This document shows positions 14,262 to 28,830 of a stretch of 64,000 nt of DNA, piece by piece. The translations under genes were made by a program, and so were the position numbers. The notes under the pieces are model-generated. The model was not told the DNA's origin. It saw only the letters and a list, made by a program, of their open reading frames with translations, and ran no database searches. Numbering within the stretch: the first letter of the stretch is position 1; every line of letters begins with the position of its first letter. The stretch is from the NCBI GenBank assembly GCA_951406725.2, contig OX597835.1, forward strand, positions 47,802,001 through 47,866,000. Reading direction: 5' to 3'. The stretch is from Octopus vulgaris (taxonomy: Eukaryota).

Positions 14262-15625
14262 TGAAAACTCTATCTTCACTAATTAAAACCCATGAAAAGG
14301 AACTGACAACCAAAGAGATTGATTTCCTAACAAACTTTAAATGCAAACCTAGCTTCTTCTATGGTCTGCCAAAAATTCATAAAAGTCAAATTATAAATGA
14401 AACCATTAAAAAATCACCAAAGACATACATACACACACCTAATCCGGGGGACCTAAAACTACGACCCATTGTAGCTGGCCCAACCTGTGAAACACACAGA
14501 CTAAGTCTACTTATGGACATCCTCCTGAAACCCTTCCTTAAACATATCGATAGCCATATCAGAGATGACTTAGATATGTTAAACCACCTTCCAAAAAAAA
14601 CCAAGGAAGAAACAATCCTGGTTTCATTTGATGTAGTCAACTTGTATACCAGTATACCTCATAATTATGGACTGGAGGCAATACAGTTCTGGTTAGACCA
14701 ATTTCCGGAAGAAATACCAAAAAGGATCAGTAAGGAATTCATTACTAAATCAATTGAATTCATCCTACACAATAACCACTTCATGTTTGACAATACATTT
14801 TACCGTCAAAAATCCGGAATTGCTATGGGTACAAGGGCAGCACCAGTCATTGCGAACTTAACAATGGGATACATGGAAATAATCATTTACCAGGAATCTC
14901 TATCAATCTTTGGAAACTCCCTCTCTCAATACATAAAAGAGAATTGGAAACGATTCCTAGACGATTGTTTCATTCTCTGGAATGAAAACATAGATAAACT
15001 CCTAAAATTTAAAAACCTATTGAACAGCATAAACCCAAATATACAGTTCACAATGGAATACAACCAAAAGGAGCTCCCGTTCTTGGATATACTAATTAAA
15101 AAAATTAACCTTAAAATAGAAACAGACATTTTTTACAAAGCCACAGACGCCAAACAATACCTTCTTTTTAATTCATGCCACCCAAGACACACTAAAACAA
15201 ACATCCCCTTCAACCTTGCAAGAAGGATATGCACAATAGTGTCAGAACAAAATACCAGAAACTTTAGACTGCAAGAACTCAAAAACACCCTAATTGACAG
15301 ACATTACCCAGCTCAACTCATAGAGGATGGGATCAGACGTGCAACAGAAATCAACATAGAAACTTTAAGAAAAGTTCAACACAACAACACACCTTCCCCG
15401 AAAATACTACCTTACATATCTACATACAACCCCAGAAACAAAGAAGCCTTCACCATCATCACCCAGAATTTACCAATACTTCATAAAAACCCAAAATTAA
15501 AGGAAATTCTAAACATACACCAAATCATTAAAAGCTACAAACAGCCTAAATCACTTAAAAAGATTCTCACAAAGGCAAAATTGTCTTCTAAAATTACGGA
15601 TGCAAAAGTAAAAAAAATGTGGTAG
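14261..15625 (+). CDS. Penelope-type reverse transcriptase
   Basis: FYGLPKIHK, LRPIV, SFDVVNLYTSIP, GIAMGT, RFLDD catalytic motif, LPFLD, SCHP. Confidence 0.95.
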   Translation: MKTLSSLIKTHEKELTTKEIDFLTNFKCKPSFFYGLPKIHKSQIINETIKKSPKTYIHTPNPGDLKLRPIVAGPTCETHRLSLLMDILLKPFLKHIDSHIRDDLDMLNHLPKKTKEETILVSFDVVNLYTSIPHNYGLEAIQFWLDQFPEEIPKRISKEFITKSIEFILHNNHFMFDNTFYRQKSGIAMGTRAAPVIANLTMGYMEIIIYQESLSIFGNSLSQYIKENWKRFLDDCFILWNENIDKLLKFKNLLNSINPNIQFTMEYNQKELPFLDILIKKINLKIETDIFYKATDAKQYLLFNSCHPRHTKTNIPFNLARRICTIVSEQNTRNFRLQELKNTLIDRHYPAQLIEDGIRRATEINIETLRKVQHNNTPSPKILPYISTYNPRNKEAFTIITQNLPILHKNPKLKEILNIHQIIKSYKQPKSLKKILTKAKLSSKITDAKVKKMW

Positions 15626-16034
15626 ATCGAACTGTGCAACATGTCCTAACCTATTGGAAGGATCAGAATTCTTCTTTAAAGAGGGACAGAAATTCAAGAT
15701 CAAATCTAACTTTACTTGTGCCTCTGAAAACATAATTTATGTTATTAAATGCTCGGGCTGCCACCAAGACTACGTGGGTTCCACGGGACTATCACTCAGG
15801 CGTAGATGCACACTGCATCGACAACAGATTGCATTCCCAGAATATAGAATGATACCTTTTAGTGAGCACATTGAGAAATGCGCAAAGCAACTACTGCCAC
15901 AATTTTTAATCTTCCCATTTTACCAATGTGCTTTCGGATCATCAACACAAATGAGACTGAACAAGGAAACATTCTTCATTGAAAAGTACAAACCCAGACT
16001 CAACCATCCGAACATACTGACACAGAGAAATTAA
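15618..16034 (+). CDS. PLE Cys linker + GIY-YIG endonuclease
   Basis: After a 1-nt shift in an A-run (~15610-15618): CGRSNCATC, then NIIYVIKCSGCHQDYVGST..LRRRCTLH..KETFFI..YKPRLN. Confidence 0.9.
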   Translation, partial: CGRSNCATCPNLLEGSEFFFKEGQKFKIKSNFTCASENIIYVIKCSGCHQDYVGSTGLSLRRRCTLHRQQIAFPEYRMIPFSEHIEKCAKQLLPQFLIFPFYQCAFGSSTQMRLNKETFFIEKYKPRLNHPNILTQRN

Positions 16035-16170
16035 CAAGGAAAACGGAAAAAAAATTTTTAAGCGATTATCTCCCTTACACCGGAAGAAATCACTCACTAC
16101 CTCCCCTTATTTAGAAATCTCCTGGAAATAAACACAACGATAACTCCATGCAATATAAACATAACGTCAC

Positions 16171-16210
16171 AAGAAATTTGAAAAGCTACACGCGAAACCG
16201 GTAATTTCTT
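16171..16210 (+). ncRNA. Minimal type I hammerhead ribozyme, U3-A8 core variant, in the PLE 3' pLTR
   Basis: aagaaat-UUGAAAA-gc tacac gc-GAAA-ccgg-UA-atttctt: 7-bp stem I and palindromic stem III. Inverted copy at 13202-13241. Confidence 0.75.
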
Positions 16211-16398
16211 TAAAATTTTTAAAATTATGTCATTTTAAGGAAAGGGGAAAAAAAAATTTTTTTCCAATATTCTCCAGACATTTTGACACAAATATATATA
16301 TTTTTTAACATTTAAGCCTTCTGTCGTTTTTTCACACTTTACTATTTTCTTATATATTCACCCACGTGCTTTACCAAACAAACTTTCTTATCTATATC

Positions 16399-16442
<44 letters not shown>

Positions 16443-16483
16443 GCATATATATACATACATACATACATACATACATACATACA

Positions 16484-16571
<88 letters not shown>

Positions 16572-16854
16572 AGTTACGGAATGGAGTATGTGAAATCCGG
16601 GCAACCTTATGATTCATAGTGAATAGAACCTCAGAAGTACGTAAAATCCAAGTGATTTGTATAACACTAGCTACGCTTCAGGCCCAGGATATCTTTGTTA
16701 AATTAAAGGCTACATTGTTGCAAGGAGGTACATGTTGATGCAACATTCCCTCTCAATAAACCATTATTGTTTCATGAAAGTTATCTTTTTTTATATTCAC
16801 TACGGATTGCTTGAAGCTAACTATCTTTCTACACCTTGATTCCTGGATCTTACA

Positions 16855-16912
<58 letters not shown>

Positions 16913-17621
16913 GTTTGTTTTTGTGTGCATACTTTCTCACGCACAAATACACGCACATACAAGCGTGCGTACAAACGCACAGACGCACACACTAATTTTT
17001 GCGTATATATATATATATGAATGTGTTTGTGTGTTTCTGAGCGTGTGTGTGTGTTTCTGGTGTGTATAATGTTTGTAAACTGATATCTTATGCAACATGT
17101 CCTCGTTTAACTTTCTCTGCTCTGCAGCATTTTCAAAATAACTTCCGCAAACATACGCCAAATTCTCTCGAATTCTTGTAATCATTGCTCAATTCTTGGA
17201 ACACTCAGATCGCAGATTGCATTACTCTCTACAAATTCTTAGCATTGACAATTTCTCCCGCCAAACATGACACTGCTCCTCACCCTACGGTGAAGACAGT
17301 TAAAAGATGTTAAATAGAGGAAAGACAGCTGATGTTTAGGACCCTCCTGCTTCATGCTGACATGATGTTTAGGAGGTGGGCTCCGACAGGAGAGGCTGGT
17401 GGGTGGGAGAAGAGTTAAACAATATAATAGACTGAAATTCTAAAATTACTAAAGAGATATATGACTTTGGTGATTGGTGACACTTGTTCGTTCACATTCT
17501 TTCGCTCCCTACGTCCGTCTCCAACATATAACCCACTCTTAATGGCTGTGAATGCATTATTCACTTCGTTTCTATGCATGCTTCCATGTCGCTGTCTGTC
17601 TGTCTTTCTATTTAGCTATAA

Positions 17622-17682
<61 letters not shown>

Positions 17683-17815
17683 TACCATTCTGCCTAAAAA
17701 ATGGATCAACAACATCAATACCAACACATATCTTGCATCTATTTTCTTTCCTCCACCTCACTCTCTATTTTGTATCACATCTAAACTAACTATGACTTAA
17801 CCATCCTCTCACACC

Positions 17816-17863
17816 GTCTCCGATTAAGGGATATTATTAATATCCGGAAAACAGCTGTAAGAC
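17816..17863 (+). ncRNA. Degenerate hammerhead-like motif at the end of a PLE remnant
   Basis: gtct-CCGAUUA-ag-ggatatt att aatatcc-g-GAAAA-cagctg-ta-agac. Preceded by a KWINNINT-like GIY-YIG C-terminal remnant at ~17697. Confidence 0.5.
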
Positions 17864-17958
17864 CTTTTATCTATAAATGTTCTAATATCAACACATCTCA
17901 TTATACATCTAATATCTACACATCTAATATCTACATATCTCATTACGCAAAAAATTCT

Positions 17959-17996
<38 letters not shown>

Positions 17997-18031
17997 AATG
18001 TAAAAATATGTATATATATATATGTATGTGA

Positions 18032-18350
18032 AGGCGCATGGCTCAGTGGTTTGAGCGTCGAGCTTACGATCATGAGGTTGTGAGTTCGAATCACGGACCG
18101 GGCTGCGTGTTGTGTTCTTGAGCAAGACACTTTATTTCACGTTGCTCCAGTTCACTCAGTTGTAGAAATGACTTGAGATGTCACAGGTACGAAGCTGTAT
18201 CGGCCTTTGAGAGGGGAGCCCGGTGTGCATGGACGGCTGCTGGTCTTACATAAACAAACTTGTCTAGACTTGTGTCTGGGAGGGTAACTTTCTAAGTGCA
18301 ATTCTAAGTGCAATCCCATGGTCAGTCATGACCAAAGGGGGTCTCAACAA
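18032..18350 (+). mobile_element. tRNA-derived SINE (family B)
   Basis: Pol III A box 'tggctcagtggtt' and B box 'gagttcgaatc', followed by 'tcttgagcaagacactt'. Confidence 0.75.
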
Positions 18351-18369
18351 TGTATATATATATATATAG

Positions 18370-18880
18370 ACGTTTGCGTCTGCCAGAACCACTCACAAGG
18401 CTTTGGTCGAGCCGAGGTTATAGAAGAAGCCCAAGGTGCCAGTGCCACGCTGTGTGTCAGTATAACTGAACCTGGAACCATGTGGTTGGGAAGCAAACTT
18501 GTTACCACGCAGCCAAGCTTGCGCCTAAATAGATATTTATCTTTTACCTTTTACTTGTTTACGTAATTAGACTGCGGCCATGCTGGGGCAATAACCTCCA
18601 AGAACGTTTTGTCAAATGAATCGACTCCACTAATTATTCTTTGTAATTCTTTTATCGGTCTCTTTCGCCAAACTACTAAGTTACGGGGTCACTGATACAC
18701 CAACACTGGTCATCAAGCGACGGTGGGGGACAAACACAAACATACAAATATATATATGTGTGTGTGTGTATACGACGGGCTTCTTTCAGTTTCCATCTAT
18801 CAAATCCATCACAAGGCTTCGGTCAACACAAAACTTACCCAAAGTGCCAGGCAGTGAAATTGAGCTCGGAACCATTTGGT
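18370..18880 (-). mobile_element. Two adjacent degenerate SINE family A copies
   Basis: Matches to the head ('gaacctggaaccatgtggttgggaagc') and tail ('gactgcggccatgctgggg'). Confidence 0.65.
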
Positions 18881-19249
18881 AGTGGTATAGATTCAAGACC
18901 AACAAAATTCAAAAGATCTGTATCAGACCAGTCTTACATGGACTACATTTGGAAGGTAACATCGGATAACGCAATTCACAAGATACTGTGTTTAAAGAAA
19001 TGAAAAAGGGGATTTGTGCTGATTGGAAGCGTATAGCCTTTCAGCTAAAAAAAAAATTGGCCAAATGCTAAATAACAACAACAACAAGAACATAGGCATG
19101 TGTAAGTGCAGAGTCTTCCACACAGTCTCCAATTTCAGACTTGATGTAATATCAACCGGAACACCTGTACATGTCAGCTTTTGAAACCACTGGAATTTAC
19201 GACTCGTTTAAAGGAACCAAAACATTCTTCTCTTGCTGAACTCAAGAAA

Positions 19250-19307
19250 TCATACATACACACATACATACATACATACATACATGCATGCATGCATACA
19301 TACATAC

Positions 19308-19338
<31 letters not shown>

Positions 19339-19475
19339 CATACATGCATACATACATACATACATACACACATACATACATACATACATACATGCATGCA
19401 TGCATACATACATACTTACATACATACATACTTACATACATACATACATACATGCATGCATGCATACATACATAC

Positions 19476-19506
<31 letters not shown>

Positions 19507-20161
19507 CATACATACATACATACATACATACATACATACATACATACATACATACATACATACATACATACATACATACATACATACATACATACATACA
19601 TACATACATACATACATACATACATACATACATACATACATACATGCATACATACATACATACATACATACATACATACATACATACATACATACATACA
19701 TACATACATACATACATACATACATACATACATACATACATACATACATACATACATACATGCATGCATACATAAATACACACATACATACATACATACA
19801 TACATACATACATACATACATACATACATACATACATACATACATACATACATACATACATACATACATACATACATACACTACATACATACATACATAC
19901 ATACATACATACATACATACATACATACATACATACATACATACATACATACATACATACATACATACATACATACATACATACATACATACATACATAC
20001 ATACATACATACATACATACATACATACATACATACATACATACATACATACATACATACATACATACATACATACATACATACATACATACATACATAC
20101 ATACATACATACATACATACATACATACATACATACATACATACATACATACATACATACA

Positions 20162-20194
<33 letters not shown>

Positions 20195-21155
20195 GCATAC
20201 ATCCATACATACATACATACATACATACATACATACATGCATGCATACATAAATACACACATACATACATACATACATACATACATACATACATACATAC
20301 ATACATACATACATACATACATCATACATACATACATACATACATACATACATACATACATACATACATACATACATACATACATACATACAACATACAT
20401 ACATACATACACATACATACATACATACATACATACATACATACATACATACATACATACATACATACATACATACATACATACATACATGCACATACAT
20501 ACATACATACATACATACATACATACATACATACATACATACATACATACATACATACATACATACATACATACATACATACATACATACATACATACAT
20601 ACATACATACATACATACATACATACATACATACATACATACATACATACATACATACATACATACATACATACATACATACATACATACATACATACAT
20701 ACATACATACATACATACATACATACATACATACATACATACATACATACATACATACATACATACATACATACATACATACATACATACATACATACAT
20801 ACATACATACATACATACATACATACATACATACATACATACATACATACATACATACATACATACATACATACATACATGCATGCATACATACATACAT
20901 ACATACATATATGCATACATACATACATACATACATGCATACATACATACATACACTCATACATACATATATACATACATACATACATACATACATACAT
21001 ACATACATGCATACATAAATACACTCATACATGCATACATACATACATACATACATACACAAGCATACATAAATACACACATACATACACAACATACATA
21101 CATACATACATACATGCATACATAAATACACACATACATACACTCATACATACAT
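19250..21155. repeat. ~1.9 kb (TACA)n microsatellite
   Basis: Seen directly. It explains the 500-670 aa HTYI/MYVC pseudo-ORFs. Confidence 0.98.
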
Positions 21156-21200
21156 GCAATAATAAATCTCTGAGCGAGGTATAAACAGTAGCTTCCCGAC

Positions 21201-21678
21201 ATCGCGAAATATATTTGCCAGCCAAATGTGGCTAACCCTTAAGGGTTGATGCTACTGTGGCTTGTAGCCCCAGAATGACATCTCCTCCAGCTGACCATTG
21301 GCACACTTTCTGTGCTCTATCAGTATTTGCAAAGGGAAGCCATCTTTCCCATCCTCAACCTCACGTGATACACACGGACCCGAGTTTCTGAATATTGACA
21401 TGTTATCAGCGTGTGACAACCTCCGGTTAGCGATGTGAAGTCGCTCCGAATGCAAATATGTATATACTTTTTCCAGTGACGAGATGTCATTGATCTCGGG
21501 TCCGTATATGTCACGCGAGGTTGGAGATGGGAAAGATGAATTCCCTTTGAAAATACTGATAGGGCACAGAAAGTGTGCCTATGGCCAGCTGAAGGATATG
21601 TCTTCCTGGGGCTACAAGCTACAGTAGTATCAACCCTTAAGGGTTAGTCACATTTAGCTGTCAAATATACTTCACGAT
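21201..21678. mobile_element. Fold-back/MITE-like element with ~185-bp imperfect terminal inverted repeats
   Basis: 21201-21385 is the diverged reverse complement of ~21495-21678, separated by a ~110-bp spacer. Confidence 0.8.
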
Positions 21679-21739
21679 ACATACATGCATATAAATATAT
21701 ACATACACACATACATATAATATTTATACATAAATATAT

Positions 21740-22132
21740 GGATGGATGGATGGAAGCACTCCGTCGGTTACGACGATGAGGGTTCCGGTTGATCCGAATC
21801 AACGGAACAGCCTGCTCGTGAAATTAACGTGTAAGTGGCTGAGCACTCCACAGACACGTGTACCCTTAACGTAGTTCTCGGGGATATTCAGCGTGACACA
21901 GAGAGTGACAAGGCCGCCCCTTTGAAATACAGGTACAACAGAAACAGGAAGTAAGAGTGAAAGAAAGTTGTAGTGAAAGAGTACAGCAGGGATCACCACC
22001 ATTCCCTGCCGGAGCCTCGTGGAGCTTTAGGTGTTTTCGCTCAATAAACACTCACAACGCCCGATCTGGGAATCGAAACCGCGATCTTATGACCGCGAGT
22101 CCGCTGCCCTAACCACTGGGCCATTGCGCCCC
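21740..22132 (-). mobile_element. tRNA-derived SINE (family C)
   Basis: Minus-strand head 'ggcgcaatggcccagtggttagggcagcggactcgcggtc...ggtttcgattcccag' with A/B boxes and a (TCCA)n tail. Confidence 0.8.
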
Positions 22133-23202
22133 CACACATAAATATATACGCATTTATAACTAGACAAAACTCGATCCTTTACCATGACAAACATAAATAT
22201 TCAAAAAGATTTGGACTTCGAACACTAACGAGCTAAGAAGGTGAAGAGACTCAGGCACTGAGGCCGAGAGAAGAACTGCACACACCACAACAGAAATTGG
22301 AAAATGCTCCTTTTTCCCTCCATCTTTTTCTCTTTCTCACCCACAATTTTAAATAAAGAATCAGTATAATTGGTCATTTAGCCATGCATATTTGTTACGA
22401 TCTTCACTGGACATTGTTTCTGTGAAAGTTTGAACATCTGGCTGTTTAAACATGCTTGTCCGATTTTTACCTTGAAACTTTAAACTCTCGTAAACCCTTC
22501 ATTTATATATTTGTACCAGTGTTAAGCAAAACAATGTAGAAACCGGTTTGGTATTTTTACAAATCAATTACAAAATTTAAAAGAAGACTACATGTTTTGC
22601 GATTTAGGTACATTTTCAAACCCCTAAACTAATTCACCTCTATATATTTATATAACAAAAATACGTATATAGAAAATCACATCTATAATTGTAGAATTCC
22701 CTTTACAAAGCGGAGAATTGTTTCAATAATATCAACATATTTAGAAAATATCAATTCATATTTCCGAAAATACGTTAAAACAATTGTTGGCTTTGTAAGG
22801 TGAATTCTGCAATTAAAGATTTGATTTTCTTTATCCGTATTTTTTGTCTAATGCTCTGAATTTCTCCAAATTCTTCTAAATGACACTTTTTCCAGGCTAC
22901 ATGTCATACATGACGTACTACCTTGGATGTGTTTTCCACTTGCTTTTATTGGTCTCTCATTATTGGATAGAGTTAAACAAATTTACTTAAAATTCAGCGC
23001 CATATTGATATCTTCCTGGAATTTTAGTCCCTCTTTCTTCTTCTTCTTCTTCTTCTTCTTCTTCTTCTTCTTCTTCTTCTTCTTCTTCTTCTTCTTTTTC
23101 TTCTTCTTCTTCTTCTTCTTCTTCTCCCTCTCCCCCTTTCTCTATCTATCTATCTCTCTATCTATCTATCTATCTATCTACCTACCTACCTACCTACCTA
23201 CA

Positions 23203-23320
<118 letters not shown>

Positions 23321-23756
23321 CAAAAAAAGAGAGGGTATAGGAGGGAGAGAGAGATGAATAGGAACACATCACACACACACACACACATATCTATGCATCC
23401 ATATACACAGAAAATATGTTATATTTCAATTTTATTATTTTCAATTGCGTAATTTGGAGATTCTAAAGAAGGAAGAGAGTAAAACTCCGACTAACGAATT
23501 ACATTGCTTTATACTTCGAGTGATGACGCTTTTTCTCTCTCTCAGTCTCTCTCTCTCTCTCTCTCTGTATATATATATATATAATATATATATAGCATTT
23601 CGTACTTTTCGCTTAATTCCATTTCACACTAATACAAAATCACTTTCATACATACACACAGACAACACACACACACACGTACACACTCACACACGTACAT
23701 ATAGATTTATTAAATATATATATACATGCATATATATTTGGATGAGTATATATGTG

Positions 23757-23874
<118 letters not shown>

Positions 23875-23888
23875 TGTATGTGTATATA

Positions 23889-23931
<43 letters not shown>

Positions 23932-23961
23932 GAATGTATATATGTGTGTGTGTCTATATAC

Positions 23962-24025
<64 letters not shown>

Positions 24026-24408
24026 ATATGTATATACACACAGTGTATATATGTATATACACACACACACATAATATTCTGATATATTTTGCGTCAGTGT
24101 TTTCGGGTTATAAATAAAGTGACAACGTCGTTATTTCAATAATGAATTTCCGGTGATATTTCAATTTAAACAAGGAAAAAATAAATCAGCGAAAACAACA
24201 ATAACAACGACGACGACGACGATGACGAGGGCGAAGAGGACGATGACGAGGGCGAAGAGGACAACGTCATTACCAGAAGCATAATTATCAAGAACAACAA
24301 TATTTAATGATAAACAAAATGAACACCGTCATCATCATCATGAACGACAGCAGCAGCACCATTATCACACTAAGGAAAATACACTTTACCCCCTCATTCT
24401 CTCTGTCC

Positions 24409-24502
<94 letters not shown>

Positions 24503-24714
24503 GTATATATGTGTATGTAAATATATACACATATATATAAATATATATATGTGCATACATACGTATATACAGATATATGTGTATATAAACGTATATATAA
24601 ATGCATATATACACATATGTATATATACATATATATACATATATACAGATACACATATATATGTATATGTTTCTGTATATATAAATATAATATCAATATA
24701 TACATAACCCTATC

Positions 24715-24764
<50 letters not shown>

Positions 24765-25248
24765 CATCTATCTATCAATCTATCTATCTATCTATCTATC
24801 TATTTATCTATCTATCTTTCTAGCAAGAGCAACGTGAAACAAGATATACAGAATGCTATATATACACTCTGCGTGTGTACATGTAAGTATACACGTACAC
24901 ACGCACATATATGTATATGTAAAAATATTTTTCTTTAAATATATTCACACACACACACACACACATATGTATTTACATTCGACATTTTGCATTATATACT
25001 ATAAATCGTAATTCAAGATGGCTACGTATCTCATTCCACAAATTTTCATGTTTCATTTTCTTTTTGTTTTTACTTTAATTGAAACGCTTCTGTTATGGTA
25101 TATATTTACCTCCACAAGTGAGAAGGGTTGTGGGTGTGATGTCCACACTGATTTATGTCGTACTTTTAAAACGTCTTAGGTTTCAGATGTGCGCATAAGT
25201 GTGTTTGAGCGTATATTCTTGTATGAATGCAAAGATATACACACATAC

Positions 25249-25387
<139 letters not shown>

Positions 25388-26069
25388 TTTGTAGTAGCAG
25401 AGGTTACGTTCGGTGTCAAAGTGCTATTTGCAATATGATTAAAAAAATGTTTAGAAAATCGCATTGCTCCAACACTCTCTGTACTTTCGTAAATGCTAAT
25501 CCTAGAAGGTAATTCTCTGTTTCTCTACTTACCGAACTTGGATTCGATAAGACCTTGATCTACGCATAATCTTATTCCTTATGAAGCCCCACTTTTTTTT
25601 TAATCAATCTGTTGGACCTTTCTGCTGCTTTCAACCGGTTTCAACGGTAGCGTCTGTCTCTTCGCTGACTCAATTCTTCTCGTCGTGCTTTATTCTGACT
25701 TGGATATCAATCGCTAAACTTTCAGTGACCCTGCATGAAAATCTTCTTCCATTTCTGTGCCCTTCTCCGAACACTTGAAATACATCTAAGAAGGTAGTTC
25801 TCTATGACCCTTAAACATTACCTTCTCGAGTCATGCCGACCCATAAGGGCTGGTTTCCCAGTTTCCTTGGCATAGAAATTCCCCTCACTGGACGGGACGC
25901 TGGTCCCTTGCAAGATTTTTCACTTTTTTCCAGCTGAGTGGACTGGAGCAACGAGAAATTCCTCATGGAATTTGTATTCGTTTTTTGAAGTGAGACAACA
26001 GAAACGTCCTCTATTGAGTCCTCTAAACATTGTACCCTTTCAGCAGCACCAAAACACGATCACTGGATC

Positions 26070-26258
26070 ATTAGACTGCGGCCATGCTGGAGTACCACAC
26101 TTAATATTTCAGTCGAACAAAGCGATCCTAGCATCTGGTACTTACGCTATCGGGGTCTTTTTGTTCAAACTGCTAAGTTAAGGAGAATAAACAAACCAAC
26201 ACTGTCAAGTGTAGATTGGTATGGGAGACAGACACAGGCACAAAGACGCACACATATC

Positions 26259-26325
<67 letters not shown>

Positions 26326-26495
26326 CATATATATATTACGGGATTCCAAACAATTTCCTTCTATGAAATTCCCTCTCAAAGAATCGGTCGTCCCGGGACA
26401 ATCCTTCTACCCATTCAAGATGCTGCACAGTGGGAATGAACGCGAAACCGCGCAGCTGTAAAGCGACATTCTGAACGCACAGCCATGCGCGCGCC
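26070..26495 (-). mobile_element. Degenerate SINE family A with internal (TA)/(TG) tract
   Basis: Tail 'gactgcggccatgctggag' and head remnant 'cacagccatgcgcgcgcc'. Confidence 0.6.
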
Positions 26496-26740
26496 TAGTG
26501 AAATGAAAGAGAAAAAGGTTTATTTAATTGAGATCGAGGCTGAAATCGTTGAATTGAAAGGGATGGAATGACCCCTGTATGCTTTATGGGATGAGGTTTG
26601 TAGGGTTTGTGGAATAATGTCCAAATCTGTAGGTATGCCGAAGATTAATGAGCATCGTCTCAGCGACAGAACTAAGCGAAATACAACTCACGTGTTCTAG
26701 CTCAGAGACATCGTCTTTGAGGAAATCTGCTTCGCTGTGA

Positions 26741-26791
<51 letters not shown>

Positions 26792-27038
26792 CGGGAAAGA
26801 GATAGAGGGAGACAGAGACAGAGACAGACAGACAGACAAACAGAGACACAGACAGACGGAGATGGTTAAACCGACAAATATATATTGCATAGAAGCGAAC
26901 ATAGATTTACATTGATGGCGCGAATAAATACAAGAAGGAAGAGAGTGAATGAGAGAGAAATGAAGTAGATAAGGGGTAAATAAAGAAAGTAGTTGACAAA
27001 TGTGTGAGAGGGAGATTGAAATAGACTGTGAAAGAGGA

Positions 27039-27185
<147 letters not shown>

Positions 27186-28552
27186 AGTCTATCTATCTAT
27201 CTATCTATCAGTCTATCTATCTATGAACAATGTCTTATAGACAAATGAATCTCGAAACAGAAACGTACAGATCAATAATCTTTATACCTATCAAAGCACA
27301 AGATAAACAAGTTGCTATACTATCAACACCATGGCATGCCAGACTTATAACCCTCACCTTCCAAATGCAAACAGGAACTTCTCTAAATATCAACAACAAT
27401 TAAAGAAAGTGACTAACTAATTACATTCTTTTGTGAATCCTTAAAATATCCCAATTCAAAACAAGTCGACACACCCAATTACTATGCTTTTGTTGCTGGA
27501 CTAAACTTTGACCTTTATATTGTCAAAGCACAGGATTAAATCCAATAACACCAAAAAGAACTAAAACTACTGGCACATGCTAGACATACCTACTTCCTTT
27601 TTGTGAACAACTAAAAGAATCCCTATGACCTGAAGGAAGTACACATAAATATACACACCGGCTTACCGGCTTACAAAGTTCTACAGACATGAATAAATTC
27701 TAAACAATCAATAAACTGTCTCTTAAACTCCTCTTTCACAACCCCCACTTAAACGAAATTACCACTTTACACAAACCTACATGTCCAAGGAAGATTTTAA
27801 CTTAACAGAGACTATGCAAAGCCCAGATTATTTTCAATGAATCACGGTCCGGCTATGGCTTAGCTCTCCGAAACTTCGAAGTCACTGTCAATATCCTTGT
27901 TTAAGAATAATATATAGATATATATTTCTAGTGTGATATATGTATACATAAAAGCGTTTGGCTTTCATAGAAAGTTCCTCGCACGGACTTGACTAACAGA
28001 CGAGTATATGGTCCATAAAATGTCAGGTGGGGTGAATATAGTTATGTAACCACTTGATATCCCTAGGATCACGGCCGTTTAACATCGTTCCTAATTTAAT
28101 AATAATTTCAGTGAATAATGAATAATGTTTACATGTGAACATTAAACTGCCTACTCAGCATTATACAGTACAGTTCTATATTCACAAACGAATGCAAATA
28201 ATGAAAGCTAGCTCTTCAGATCGGCAAAAAAATATGGTTACACCAACGGTTCAACTCTGTACATTTATGTAAACATGTAAGCAAAATTTCTACCTCACTG
28301 ATGTTAATATTACACGAATGAGGCCGTGACACGGCCGTAGTCATTTGGATGACGTCAACTGGTTAAGTAAATATATTCTTCTCGCCTCCCTAATAATACT
28401 TCATCTTATATATATATATATGAACCTTTATTGCTGTTCACTGGATTTGATGTATATAATGTATATAGTTGAAATTTATAGAAAACAAAAGCCGAAGACA
28501 GGTGTATAAAAAAGAAGCAAGTGTATAAATTTGACGCTCGGGAAAATGAAAG

Positions 28553-28590
28553 TCTTTCACTTTTCGAGCCTACGCTCTTCAACAGAAACG
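28553..28590 (-). ncRNA. Hammerhead-like motif (CUGUUGA family), degenerate
   Basis: Same motif family as 40782-40819 and 53306-53343. Confidence 0.4.
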
Positions 28591-28638
28591 AGTAAGAAAA
28601 AAATAGAGAGAATGAAAGAAACTTGTGGATTTTAGCGG

Positions 28639-28674
<36 letters not shown>

Positions 28675-28830
28675 TCACCAAGCTAACATGGCAGTCCAGA
28701 AAATATGACGAATAGTACTGTTGATTAGCTCCAAGAGCCCATCGCATCTAGCTAGCTATGATTCACACGAAACTGTGTCCATTATAACCTTCGAACAGGG
28801 GAGGTTAGCCGATCCCCCTTGCTGGTCTTG

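Larger units (their letters stand above)
13064..16351 (+). mobile_element. Penelope-like retroelement with inverted 5' pseudo-LTR, near intact
   Basis: RT and GIY-YIG coding region. 13064-13327 is the near-perfect reverse complement of 16085-16351. (TA)n lies immediately left and nearby on the right. Confidence 0.95.

Noticed and set aside
18032-18110. tRNA gene
   Set aside because: A/B boxes belong to a SINE head, with no complete cloverleaf or terminator. The same applies to ~22060-22130 and ~54500-54570.
19181-21184. 667-aa and other long ORFs
   Set aside because: Stop-free translation of the (TACA)n microsatellite.
27225-27900. Possible very old PLE remnant (TYNPHLPN-like peptide)
   Set aside because: Too degraded to support by eye.
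28312-28350. Hairpin ggccgtg-a-cacggcc as a hammerhead stem II
   Set aside because: Flanking core (cgaatga / gtag) too divergent and no stem I.
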